A stretch of DNA of 63,741 bases, the filler included. It is 9 parts of 9 records of this genome, joined end to end, with 100 filler letters (N's around TTAATTAATTAA, not from the genome) between each part and the next. Parts side by side here need not be neighbours in the genome. Positions count along the whole stretch, not along the records: positions 28,417 to 39,120 come from SRR31147125_49126; positions 39,221 to 45,342 come from SRR31147125_49190; 7 more parts are not named here. One strand, given 5' to 3'. Both the position numbers and the translations under genes were made by a program. How positions within the stretch are numbered: the stretch's first letter is position 1; each line of letters begins with the position of its first letter. This document shows positions 32,762 through 43,492 of this stretch, one piece after another. The notes under the pieces were generated by a model, which did no database searches, was not told the origin of the DNA, and saw only the letters and a list, made by a program, of their open reading frames with translations.

Positions 32762-33739
32762 TTACGCATTCTTATTGGTTTTTTTCAGTGCGCCGGACTG
32801 AATAAGAACTGCCACAAGCAGAATAGCGCCTTTAATTATATGTTCCCACCAGCTGTTGATATTACGGTCCATGTTGAACATGTTGGTTATGATACCGATT
32901 ATCAGCACTCCATAGAGGGTTCCTATAAATTTCCCCTTGCCTCCGGTTAATAGTGTTCCGCCGATAACGACAGATGCAATGGCGTCAAGTTCCCATCCCT
33001 GCCCGGCTACCGGCTGGCCGGCTCCGAGTCGCGCGGTAAGCACGATACCGGCAAAAGCCGATAGAAAACCGCTGACAGTATAGGCAAATATCTTCACCTT
33101 ATCTATATTCACACCCATCATGAGGGCTGCTTCCTCGTTGCCGCCTACCGCATAGAGCTCACGCCCCAACCTGGTGTAACGGGAAAAAATACCGGCGATG
33201 ATGATTGCTCCAATAAATATGATGGCGGGCAGCGGAATCCCAAAGACATACGCCCTTCCAAGGATCAGGAACCCCTCTGAAAGCTTCTCAATCCTGATAG
33301 AAGTCTGTCCCGTGGAGAGAAATGCAATACCGCGCATACCGGTCATCATGGCCAGAGTGGCAATAAAGGGAATGATTTTCATTTTCGTTATGATGAGGCC
33401 GTTCAGAAATCCGGCAGCAATACCAATCAGTATAGGAATGAAGATACAGAGGAAAAGACTCTGCCCGCTCAGGTTCGCGGCCCATACACCTGCCACGGCA
33501 AGTACCGCTCCAACCGAGAGGTCTATTCCGCCGATAAGCAGCACAAATGTCATGCCGATAGCCACAAGACCGATCATACTCACCTGACGCAGTATGTTTT
33601 TCAGGTTCAGTAGGGTGAAAAAATATTCATACCGCAGCGATGCTATGATAAATATCACGATCAACGTCACCAGCGGACCGTTCTGCTTTATGAAATGGAC
33701 AATGCTGTCTAGGATTTTTTTTGCAGTTGACTGTTTCAT
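32762..33739 (-). CDS. Sugar ABC transporter permease
   Basis: GGIDLSVG, YAVGGNEEAA, WELDAIASVVIGGT. Confidence 0.93.
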   Translation of the reverse strand: MKQSTAKKILDSIVHFIKQNGPLVTLIVIFIIASLRYEYFFTLLNLKNILRQVSMIGLVAIGMTFVLLIGGIDLSVGAVLAVAGVWAANLSGQSLFLCIFIPILIGIAAGFLNGLIITKMKIIPFIATLAMMTGMRGIAFLSTGQTSIRIEKLSEGFLILGRAYVFGIPLPAIIFIGAIIIAGIFSRYTRLGRELYAVGGNEEAALMMGVNIDKVKIFAYTVSGFLSAFAGIVLTARLGAGQPVAGQGWELDAIASVVIGGTLLTGGKGKFIGTLYGVLIIGIITNMFNMDRNINSWWEHIIKGAILLVAVLIQSGALKKTNKNA

Positions 33740-34708
33740 TTATGCTTTATCCCTCTGAAAATATACGGCGAGAATGATGATGATCGCTTTCAATACCAGT
33801 GAGTAATTAAATGGAATATCATTCATATTGATGGTTACAGTCAGCACCTGAATTATCAGGGCTCCGATAACCGTTCCGATTACGCGCGGTTTACCGCCTG
33901 CCATGGAGGTACCGCCGATCGCGACTGCGGCTATGGCATCCAGTTCCATCAGCTTACCTATGGTGCTCGCGTCAGACGCGGATATTCTAGCTGTCTCTAT
34001 CAATCCTGCCATGCCCGCAAAGACTGCACATGAGCCATAGATGACCATGGTCACAGCCAGCGTGTTGACTCCGGCCAGCTTAGCCGCCCGTCTGTTCTCC
34101 CCCAGAGCGTGCAGATTGTACCCGAAGCGCAGTTTATTCAGGAGAAAATAACATAGCAGCACCGCTATTATGATGATGAATACCTGAATCGGCACTACGC
34201 CAAAATATTTATGCACTCCGATATAGGTAAATTTGTCATTGGAGAAATTGAGCAGCTTTCCATCGTTTAAAACCTGCGCAATACCTCGCCCCGCCATCAT
34301 CATGATGAGCGTCACAATAATCGGCTGCATCTTGAAACGTCCGACCAGTACACCGCTGAATACACCGACCAGAGCAGAAACTGCAAGAGCAATAATAATA
34401 GAAGGGACAACACCTAATCCGAGGGTTTTCGCGGCAACCATGGATGATATAGCCATAATTGAACCAACCGAAATATCGATTCCTCCGGATGCAATGACCA
34501 TCGTCATTCCCAGGGCTGTCAGCATGATGGTTGTTACCTGGACCAGAATATTCCAGATTGTCTGTACGGTGGCAAAGTTGGGAGTGATGATGATATTCAC
34601 TATGATCAGTACACCCAGGATTATCGCTGTACCACCCATGCTGAATATATCCTGAATTTTCGTTTTCAGGTCGGCTTCCTGTATTCCGTTGTTACTTATA
34701 GCTTTCAC
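33740..34708 (-). CDS. Sugar ABC transporter permease
   Basis: GGIDISVG, ALGENRRAA, MELDAIAAVAIGGT. Confidence 0.93.
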   Translation of the reverse strand: MKAISNNGIQEADLKTKIQDIFSMGGTAIILGVLIIVNIIITPNFATVQTIWNILVQVTTIMLTALGMTMVIASGGIDISVGSIMAISSMVAAKTLGLGVVPSIIIALAVSALVGVFSGVLVGRFKMQPIIVTLIMMMAGRGIAQVLNDGKLLNFSNDKFTYIGVHKYFGVVPIQVFIIIIAVLLCYFLLNKLRFGYNLHALGENRRAAKLAGVNTLAVTMVIYGSCAVFAGMAGLIETARISASDASTIGKLMELDAIAAVAIGGTSMAGGKPRVIGTVIGALIIQVLTVTINMNDIPFNYSLVLKAIIIILAVYFQRDKA

Positions 34709-36242
34709 AGGTTTTCCTTTGTCAGTTGGATTTCACTATCGTGACCCTTCGCAATCATTTTTGTAATATTCTCTACGCTGATATCGGTATTCACCAGTTC
34801 ACCCAGTTTTCTGCCATCCCTGATCACCACTACCCGATCGCAGACACTGGCCAACTCTGCCAGCTCGGATGATATCAGCAGTACACTGAGTCCTTTTTCA
34901 GCCAAGTCCAGAATCAGCTGCATAATTTCGGCTTTTGCCCCGACATCGATTCCTCTGGTTGGTTCATCCAGTATGAGAATCTTTGTATCCTTACAGAGCC
35001 AGCGGGAGAGCAGTACTTTCTGCTGATTTCCACCACTCAGGTTCTTGAGACGCTGAACGGTACTTGGTGTCTTGATGCTCATGGCATCGATAAATTCATT
35101 GGTTACCCGTTCCTGCTCCTGGCGTTGTACCACCCCGCCCTTCGAAAGGTTTTTCAGAATGGTAAGCGTCATATTTTCACGTACGCTCATATCCGGGAAG
35201 ACTCCCTCTTCCTTGCGGTTCTCTGAGCAGAAGCCGATGCCTTTCCGTATCGCGTCGCGCGGGGTTTTAAACTGTACCTGTTCTCCGCTGAACAACAATT
35301 CTCCACTAGTAATATCTCTGTCCCCGAACAATACCCGTGCAATTTCGGTTCGTCCTGATCCAAGCAGTCCGGCCAGTCCCAGAATTTCACCCTTTTTCAG
35401 GATGAAGCTGATATCTTCAAGTTTTTTCCCATCCGAAATACCCGCGAATTCGCACATAGCCTCTTCGGTAAAGTATGCCCGATCGGCATCTTTTCGTTCG
35501 GTCAGGATTCCGCCGGCATCTCGTCCGAGCATGCTGGAGACCAGTTTCAGCTTATCGACCTTATCTATATCGAACTCTCCCACGTTTTCACCGTTTTTCA
35601 GGACAGTAACGCGGTCGCAGACTTCAAATACTTCATCCAGCCTGTGTGTGATGAAAATTACGGATACATCCTGAGCTTTCAGCTGTCTGATAATATCGAA
35701 CAGTACACCTACTTCCTGATCATCCAGAGAGGATGTCGGTTCATCCATAACTACCAGTTTGGCATTCATGGAGAGTGCTCTGGCAATTGCGACCATCTGC
35801 TGTACCGCTATACTCTGCTCCTCCAGCAACTGTTTGACATCAATATGGATTCCCATCAGCGCCAGCTCCTCACGAGCCTTTGTCTCCATGGTTTTCCAGT
35901 CGATGGTGCCGCGCTTCATGGGCTGACGGCCAAAATAGATGTTTTCAGCCACACTGAGCCCGCTTATCAGATTCAGTTCCTGGTAGATGGTACCAATACC
36001 TTCTTCCTGAGCATTGAAGGCTGATTTGGGAGCAAAGGAGGCTCCATCAAATATCATTTCACCCTCATCCAGTGAGAAGATTCCCGTCAGGATTTTGATT
36101 AATGTTGATTTTCCCGCACCGTTCTCACCCATTAATGCGTGCACTTCTCCCGCTTTACGGTAAAATCCACTTTGTTCAATGCATGAACGCCTGGGAAGAA
36201 TTTATCCAATCCTCGTATTTCCAGTAAATTTTCTTTGGTCAA
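34705..36242 (-). CDS. Sugar ABC transporter ATP-binding protein; 5' frameshift near 36155
   Basis: GENGAGKST, MDEPT, LSGGNQQK, LDEPTRGIDVGAK; the upstream frame from TTG 36242 encodes KFFPGVHALNKVDF. Confidence 0.92.
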
Positions 36243-36297
36243 AGCTTTCCTCGCTGATATGATCGCTTTTTGCTGCTGCATTTAGTTGCTAATTCTC

Positions 36298-36523
36298 AAT
36301 TGTTAACATTTATATGCATTCTATATCCTCCACGCGCCCGCGTCAATGAAAAAATCAGCAGATTTGTTGTAAAGATAGGAAGATATGTGATAAATTCTTT
36401 TATTATTGTGCAATTACTCCTATATATTGAGCGTGTCGGCGGTTTACTATGGTATATGTATTTTCGATAATAATTAATTGTTAACATTTATACTTTGACA
36501 AAAAACCATTCTTGGCATAGTAT
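36298..36523. promoter_or_regulatory. Divergent sigma70 promoters with duplicated GntR/FadR-type operator
   Basis: Minus: TTGACG-N17-TAGAAT (36346-36318). Plus: TTGACA-N17-TAGTAT (36495-36523). Identical AATTGTTAACATTTATA at 36298-36314 and 36476-36492. Confidence 0.75.
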
Positions 36524-36562
36524 ACATATATAATATAGTGAGGCAGGAGGTCACGTATATCC

Positions 36563-37165
36563 ATGAAAACGATCTATCGAACTATATCTGAACAGGTAGC
36601 TGACCACATCCGGAACGAAATTATTTCCGGTGATATCCCCGAGAGTGCACTGCTGAAAGAGCAGGAACTTTCTGATCGGTTCAGCGTCAGCCGCGGCACA
36701 GTACGTCACGCACTTATGCAGCTGGTTGCTGAGGGAATTGTTACATCCACCCCCAATATTGGCATGCGTGTTGCCAACCACCCTACTCAGGAATCCCTCT
36801 CGCTTATTATTGAGATTCGCAACAGGATAGAGGATTTTATTCTCCGTAAAGTGTATATAGACCTTAAAGATAACCATCTTGACGGCTGGGAAGCTATTCT
36901 GAACGAGATGCTGGAAGCCAGCAAGAATAAGAATATTTCCACTTTCATGGATGCGGACATGCGTTTCCACCGTTTTTTCATAGACCTCTATCCCGATAAG
37001 CATGTTACTGATCTTTGGGAAGTGGCTTTAGCCCGCATGATGATGCGTTACAATCGCCTGAAAAACCTTAAAAATGGCTACCTGGAACATAAAACAATTT
37101 TTGACGCCATAGCCGTAGGAGATATCGAAAAAGGTTTGGCTTCACTGCACAGCAACGTTATTTAG
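36563..37165 (+). CDS. GntR-family transcriptional regulator (FCD domain)
   Basis: ELSDRFSVSRGTVRHAL wHTH; DMRFH and EH motifs. Confidence 0.9.
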   Translation: MKTIYRTISEQVADHIRNEIISGDIPESALLKEQELSDRFSVSRGTVRHALMQLVAEGIVTSTPNIGMRVANHPTQESLSLIIEIRNRIEDFILRKVYIDLKDNHLDGWEAILNEMLEASKNKNISTFMDADMRFHRFFIDLYPDKHVTDLWEVALARMMMRYNRLKNLKNGYLEHKTIFDAIAVGDIEKGLASLHSNVI

Positions 37166-37300
37166 CCCCTCAGGATTATCTGGAGTTGTTCTGGTTTACC
37201 CGAGATTACTCATAATTGTTCAAACTTCCTGAGATTAGCAGATTCGGAGATATTTTCCGTTACCATTTACATTTAGCTCTATTCTTGCTATGACAGATGT

Positions 37301-38482
37301 ATGCCAAACACTGTAATTCTGCCTGAAAATATGTTCCGGGCGCTCTATGCCGCCAGTCTGATGCTCCATATCGCAATCTCAATGACCGTGCCCTTTATCC
37401 CCCTCTACGCGGGAGACCTGGGAGCATCGCTCGTCCTAATCGGCGTAATCGTGACTGCAAAAAGCATTGGAGCACTGCTGATGAATATTCCTTCCGGGCT
37501 CCTGACCTCCAGACTGTCAGCCCGCTTCCTTATGATTTCCGGCGCAATTGGTGTGGCACTCTCTGGATTGCTGTATGCTTTCAGCAGTAACGCAGTAATG
37601 CTGATGGCAGCCGGTTTCGTTACCGGAATCAGTCTGTCGCTCTGGAGTGTAACCCGTCTGGACCTGATGCGACACTATGTATCTGATTCCTCCCGGGGCG
37701 GCATGCTGGCAAACTACGGGGGTATTTTCCGCATATCCCGCATTATAGGGCCGCTCATCGGCGGATTCTTAATTGAGTTCTTCGGTTACCGGACGCTGTT
37801 CATCACAACTATCATTTTCACGGCAGCGGCTATTGCAATCTCCTATGCGAAAATTCCGGGCATCACCTCCTTTCGACCGGCAGAGAGCACAAAATCTGCT
37901 TTCTCATCAATCGGAACCCATATAAAGGATCAGAGGAGAACAATTACCGGAGCCCTGGTCGGCATACTGGGGTTAACAATCATGCGGTCCGGACGTTCAT
38001 TGATCATACCGCTTTGGGGTGACTATATAGGAATAACTGTAGCGAAGATCGGATTGATAACCAGTCTGGCTGCTGCCATTGAGCTGCTTATGGTACTTCC
38101 CGCGGGAAAAATACTGGACAATAAGGGGCGTAAATGGGCTATGGTCCCAACGATGGGGATAATGGCTGTCGGACTGCTGCTTATTCCGCTCGCCCACTCT
38201 TTCTGGCTGCTTCTGCTTGTATCTGCCGTCATCAGTATTGGGAATGGACTCGGCAGCGGTATCAACATGGTATTCAGCACAGACCTGGCACCGAAAGCAG
38301 GCTCGGGACTTTTTATCGGTGTCTGGCGATCTCTTACCAACCTTGGCATGATGGCGGGATCGTTCGCGATAGGGCTGATTGCCCAGTATATAAACCTGGG
38401 GGTTTCCCCGATTATCATATCGGCAGTTGGGATAGTTTCTATCTGGCCGGTGGTGTCGAGATATAAACAGATTCAGAAATAA
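37301..38482 (+). CDS. MFS transporter
   Basis: About 12 TM segments, PAGKILDNKGRK motif A. Confidence 0.88.
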   Translation: MPNTVILPENMFRALYAASLMLHIAISMTVPFIPLYAGDLGASLVLIGVIVTAKSIGALLMNIPSGLLTSRLSARFLMISGAIGVALSGLLYAFSSNAVMLMAAGFVTGISLSLWSVTRLDLMRHYVSDSSRGGMLANYGGIFRISRIIGPLIGGFLIEFFGYRTLFITTIIFTAAAIAISYAKIPGITSFRPAESTKSAFSSIGTHIKDQRRTITGALVGILGLTIMRSGRSLIIPLWGDYIGITVAKIGLITSLAAAIELLMVLPAGKILDNKGRKWAMVPTMGIMAVGLLLIPLAHSFWLLLLVSAVISIGNGLGSGINMVFSTDLAPKAGSGLFIGVWRSLTNLGMMAGSFAIGLIAQYINLGVSPIIISAVGIVSIWPVVSRYKQIQK

Positions 38483-38489
38483 TCATCAA

Positions 38490-39120
38490 CTATTGCGGAC
38501 ATCCGCATGAGGTTCTTTTCACAAACTCACTTGCAATCATCTCTTTACTGTATTCGGGAAAAAAGTTATGCCGCTGAATATACTGCATTGAGAAAAAAGG
38601 TGGTGAAAGGCTTTAGATCCTAAAAGCTGAATGTTCTGTTCTATAGTGGTAAGATTAAAAATCGGTGCTATTTCAAAATTGGCAAATCCAGTAACTGCGG
38701 TTTGTTGACCACTTTTCTCTATCTCTCGAATAATGGGTACAGCAAGAGTATCGGTAAGGCAGACAAAGACATCCGCATCAGGATTTTTTTCCATAGCCAT
38801 GTTATAGGCACGTATGCTTTCAGAAAATTTATGAGCCGCTATAAATACCACATGTCTGTTCTCATCAAATGTAATTCCGTTTTCTTCAAGGGCATCGATA
38901 TACATGTGATATTTTTCGGTTCTCTGCATACTACCCTGCAGTTCCACCGATACCAACACAGGGTTTCTGTAGCGGTGTTTATTGAACAGATGGTCTAGCA
39001 GCTGTCTAAACGCCGATGCGTCAGAGAAAATCCCGGCTGTTATGGGCGGCTTTTCCACTGCGGTAAGGGGATTAATTAAAATTACTGGGATATTCCGCTT
39101 TATGAGCGGTATCAGCCGCT
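38490..39120 (-). CDS. LacI-family regulator, C-terminal part; 5'-truncated and frameshifted near 38600
   Basis: VFVCLTD, AVTGF, LTTIEQ; the alternative frame ends KRTSCGCPQ*. Confidence 0.75.
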
Positions 39121-39220
39121 NNNNNNNNNNNNNNNNNNNNNNNNNNNNNNNNNNNNNNNNNNNNTTAATTAATTAANNNNNNNNNNNNNNNNNNNNNNNN
39201 NNNNNNNNNNNNNNNNNNNN
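39121..39220. other. Artificial contig spacer
   Basis: Same 100-nt linker. Confidence 0.97.
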
Positions 39221-39224
39221 CCCC

Positions 39225-40088
39225 TTATCTGTGCAAGCCAATCAGCATTTCAACAGTAGCCGGGTCATAGTGGGAGAAGAACAGGCTTTCCCCTTCATCC
39301 AACGCCTGGATTGCCTCCATGTCTGTCTCGTCCAGTGTAAAATCAAACACATTGATGTTATGAATCATACGCTCCTTATGGGTGGACTTTGGAATGACCA
39401 CCACGCCGCTCTGGATCAGGAAACGAAGCGCAGTCTGTGCGGCGCTCTTGCCATACTTATTACCGATTTCTAATAGGACAGGATTCGTAAAGAAGTCCTT
39501 GCGCCCCTCGGCAAAAGGTCCCCAAGATTCATGCTGCACACCGTATTTCACCATGTATTCGTGAGCCGTTTTCTGCTGCTGGAACACATGAGTTTCTACC
39601 TGGTTGACCGCCGGTACGACCTCCACAAACTGACACAGGTCAATCAGCCGATCAGGGTAAAAGTTGGATACACCGATGGCTCGAATCCACCCCTCCTTAT
39701 AGGCTTCCTCCATAGCACGATATGTACCGTAATAGTCGTTGAAGGGCTGGTGAATCAACAGCAGATCGATGTGCTCCGTCTGCAATTTGCGCAGCGATTC
39801 CAGCATTGATGCCTTGGCCTTCTCATAACCGCCATTACCGATCCACACCTTTGTGGTGATAAACAGCTCCTCGCGGGGAACGCCGCATTTGTGGATAGCG
39901 TTGCCAACCGCCTCTTCGTTGCCGTATGCCTGTGCGGTGTCGATAGCGCGATACCCCACACTAATCGCATCCAACACGCAACGCTCACACTCCTCATTGC
40001 TCACCTGATACACGCCGTACCCCAAAACCGGCATTTTGATTTCATTATTCAAAGTCATATATTCCATAGTCTGTTCCTCCGTTCTCAA
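39225..40088 (-). CDS. Aldo/keto reductase
   Basis: GYRAIDTAQAYGNE, LFITTK, LLIHQP, IGVSNF, IPKS. Confidence 0.95.
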   Translation of the reverse strand: MRTEEQTMEYMTLNNEIKMPVLGYGVYQVSNEECERCVLDAISVGYRAIDTAQAYGNEEAVGNAIHKCGVPREELFITTKVWIGNGGYEKAKASMLESLRKLQTEHIDLLLIHQPFNDYYGTYRAMEEAYKEGWIRAIGVSNFYPDRLIDLCQFVEVVPAVNQVETHVFQQQKTAHEYMVKYGVQHESWGPFAEGRKDFFTNPVLLEIGNKYGKSAAQTALRFLIQSGVVVIPKSTHKERMIHNINVFDFTLDETDMEAIQALDEGESLFFSHYDPATVEMLIGLHR

Positions 40089-40189
40089 AATGTTTTGGTA
40101 ATTATATTTTAGCTAGCGCAAGCCTTCAACAGAAGTCTCGCTTTGTTCACCAGTTTCAACCCATAGGTATATACGAATTATTTCAAGGT

Positions 40190-40510
40190 GCTACCATCCT
40201 GAAAGGCGTTGCCCCCCTTCTCACCCAATTTCATATAGTCCATTGTGAACAATATCGTAAGAAATGACTTGCCACATTGCCGGGTTAATCAGCCCGTCCT
40301 CGCCCAAAACGGTTTCCTCAGCACTGACATTGATAATTTCACCGATTATATTTCCGTCTTTCATTTACCTTGACCATTCTGCATCCAATGTCATAAGTGG
40401 CTTTTGAATAACCGGCGCATTCACAAACTTGCTTTTTTTTCGTATGAAAACCGGCTATTCCCATCTTATTGGAAACATCGTTGGGCGACGTCATGCCCAT
40501 GTATTCCCAG
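40190..40510 (-). pseudogene. Degraded flavin-reductase-like gene
   Basis: Fragments YMGMTS, SKFVNAPVI, IIGEIINVSAEETVLGEDG and GNAFQDG in different frames. Confidence 0.6.
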
Positions 40511-40705
40511 TAACTATAAAAAAATTACGCACGCGGAAATCCTCAGAATTTTTTGATTCGGGATTGATGCTTACTGTTGGCGGCATATCCTCCTGAGCGC
40601 TGTCTAGATCAGAAGGAGATGATGGGACATGAGCATCATTCACAGATGCCACCGTTAAACCTCTGTAGCATTCTCAAAAATAAAGTTGTTCATATTCCAC
40701 TCTCC

Positions 40706-41565
40706 TTACTTGCTAATTTGCTTTTCCCAAAATGTAACAGCGTCATCAATCCAGCCCTCTGCTGATCTGCCAATTTCAAGACCGAAGCCATGACCGTGGT
40801 CTGAGTATTTGTGAAACTCTGTGTCAATTCCAAGCACATTTAGATTGTTACTTCTGTTTTCCATCGTCCGCCAGCTCGCGATCCCATCGTTTTCACCTAC
40901 ACATACATAAGTCGGCGAGTCATTGTCAGTATAATCGGTATGTCCAGTATATTGCATAATCACAACGCCTAGCTGCGGCAGGCTCTCGCCGCCAAAGGCC
41001 GCAAAATCATAGGAGCCAAGATAAGCCGTCATTCTTGCGCCGCCGAGCCTCCCCATAGAGAGTGGTAATCAGTATCAACGTTTAAGACATACATGTTTTC
41101 AAATATGAATGAAATCGCTACCGCCAAATCCTCGCAGGCAACCTTTGCGTCGCCATTGCGGTATTGAAGGGCAACGGCATTGCAGGTTGCGCTGCAAGCT
41201 CGCCCACATCTACCGGCTTGCGGATAAAAACGGACGATTGGCAGACACGCAATGAGGTGATAAGCAGCAAGCAGTCCATGATAAGTGAAACAGAGAAGGC
41301 AGGAAGCAAGTTGAACTATGTGGATGGAAACACCGAGGTGATTGATGTTGTCAATAATCCCGCCTTTGACGGCTTCGGTCAATTTCTCTTTCCGATGGAA
41401 TACCATTTACCAGACAGCTCGATTAAATTAAATAACATCGGTAGCTTGCTTCCTTATCACACCCATATTGATGTGAAAACTAATGCGGAAGTTATAAAAT
41501 ATATGCTGGACGAAGTAGTAGCCGCCGGAGAACAATTTTTTACGATATTTACACCGATGAAAAAT
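40706..41565. pseudogene. Disrupted alpha/beta hydrolase: C-terminal half on - strand, N-terminal part on + strand
   Basis: Minus: ACEDLAVAI, SLWGGSA (nucleophile elbow, frameshifted), VGENDGIA, GHGFGL. Plus: DVVNNPAFDGFGQFLFP...FYDIYTDE. Confidence 0.6.
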
Positions 41566-41699
41566 AAACGCTGTCTTTCTCATTTGATTCACCTCCGTTT
41601 TTCTTTTATTGACTTATATTATAAAAAAACCAAGGCTTCCGCAGAAGTCTCGGTTCGTTCACCATGTTATACTTAAAGGTTATAACTTATATTCTGATC

Positions 41700-42632
41700 T
41701 TATTCCAGTATCGTCTGAACTGCAGAAAGAAAACGCTTTACCGTTTCCGATGGTGTCGGGGAATGAAGCAGTCCATACGGAATGGCATGATCCCAGTCAA
41801 CAGGAATAACCTTTAGAAGCGGATGTACATTTGCCCAGCACTCGATTGCCATCAGTATATCATTGCTGTTTTCACATCGGTTGAATACGTCCACATTATA
41901 GAAATCAAAATCAACAATATGGATTTCATTATGGTGCTCCCAAATATAGTCACGTAGTCTATCAACATAATGACTCCAGCCCCGGTGCATCAACATCAGA
42001 TTCTCACCATACATATCCTGAGCAACCAATTTATTCTTATCTGCAAGGTGATGATGAATGGATACCGCACAGCATATAGGTTGCCGTGAAATCTCAAATC
42101 CCGCACAACTTCGCAAATCTAATAACGTATCATCAAAAATTCCGGCAACAATATCAATATTCTGTCCGAGATTTTTTAAAATTTCTCTTGCATTTTCTGG
42201 CGTGTTTTTGAAAGGAATAAGCTGGAATTTGATTTCAGGAAAAAGCTCATGCACTTTCGGCCACAGCTCTACAAGGATTTGAGCCGGGGTCATTGGAGAA
42301 GTTCCGATTCGAATGATGTTGGTATCCGCCTGCATGGCATTCATTGCCCGTATAACAGAATCCTTGCAATACTGAATAATATATTTTGTGTCTTTGTAGA
42401 GAGACATTCCGGCTTTTGTTAAAGTCAGACCCCTATGTGTCCTATCAAAGAGCTGCACACCCAAATCTGACTCCAGTAGATTGATTTGTTTAATTACTGC
42501 AGTGGGAGTAATATAGGATTTCTCTGCCGCTTTATTGAAACTTCCTGCATCGGCCACGCGGATAAAAGTCTCTAATTGTGGATTAAACATCGAGGTCATC
42601 TCCTTTACAATCTGATATGTATTATAGCACAT
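41700..42632 (-). CDS. LysR-family transcriptional regulator (probable start MFNPQ at 42590)
   Basis: GSFNKAAEKSYITPTAVIKQINLLE...LFDR. Confidence 0.92.
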   Translation of the reverse strand: MCYNTYQIVKEMTSMFNPQLETFIRVADAGSFNKAAEKSYITPTAVIKQINLLESDLGVQLFDRTHRGLTLTKAGMSLYKDTKYIIQYCKDSVIRAMNAMQADTNIIRIGTSPMTPAQILVELWPKVHELFPEIKFQLIPFKNTPENAREILKNLGQNIDIVAGIFDDTLLDLRSCAGFEISRQPICCAVSIHHHLADKNKLVAQDMYGENLMLMHRGWSHYVDRLRDYIWEHHNEIHIVDFDFYNVDVFNRCENSNDILMAIECWANVHPLLKVIPVDWDHAIPYGLLHSPTPSETVKRFLSAVQTILE

Positions 42633-42784
42633 TTAGCGTGCGAAAGAACGGACTCATCACCTATCCATTTCCGTTTTTCATGGTATAGCACAAGCGAAAT
42701 ATATTTCTATTACCAAGCTTATATCTTATATTTGATTATTCTCCACGAGAATAAACCTTTCTACATCAAATAGCATTATTTACC

Positions 42785-43483
42785 TCATCCTTCACGAGGC
42801 TTGTAAATTCCATAAATGGTTATCTTTTTTAGCGCATGACCAGAATAGCTAAACGGATAACATGTCACTAACACAAGGCCGAAATTCGAAAACACATCAA
42901 ACCTTAATTCGCTATCGCTATTCACTATCTTAATTTCGCAAACAGTGTAACAATAGTTATTATTTTGTCTTTTCACTATAAGTTTGTCGCCAACATTCAG
43001 ATGCTGTAGAATTCCAAAGTCGGTATCTCTGTGTCCCATAAGCACACAAACGCCTTCTTTTCCCGGCATTGAAGATGACGGTAACCAACCAATATTGTGT
43101 TTCAATGTGCTTTCATACACATCAGGCATCACTGTATATGTGCCGACCTTTTTATCAGTCTTAATGGTTATTCTCGCAAAAGTATCTTTTGATTGCACTA
43201 CAGTAGGTTCCGGAGTTATTAGTGCAGTTGTAGCGGTGGATGGTATTTCAATTGTTGCTGATTCAATATCTTTTATCGGCGTTTCAGTCGTTATATTCTC
43301 ACCTGTTAAATCCTCTTTCTGATTAAATACAGCGGTTTGAATTTTCTTGTCCATGCTCAACACTTCATCCGGTGAAGAATAATCTATATCATAAAAATCA
43401 CTACCAGCCAAATTCGTATGCATACAAAAAAATATGGCGATGGTTAAAAAACCCACCGCCACACAGACTCTTAATATTTTCAT
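42785..43483 (-). CDS. Sortase (class D-like)
   Basis: N-terminal TM, GHRDT, LVTCYPF. Confidence 0.85.
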   Translation of the reverse strand: MKILRVCVAVGFLTIAIFFCMHTNLAGSDFYDIDYSSPDEVLSMDKKIQTAVFNQKEDLTGENITTETPIKDIESATIEIPSTATTALITPEPTVVQSKDTFARITIKTDKKVGTYTVMPDVYESTLKHNIGWLPSSSMPGKEGVCVLMGHRDTDFGILQHLNVGDKLIVKRQNNNYCYTVCEIKIVNSDSELRFDVFSNFGLVLVTCYPFSYSGHALKKITIYGIYKPREG

Positions 43484-43492
43484 TTGTCCTCC

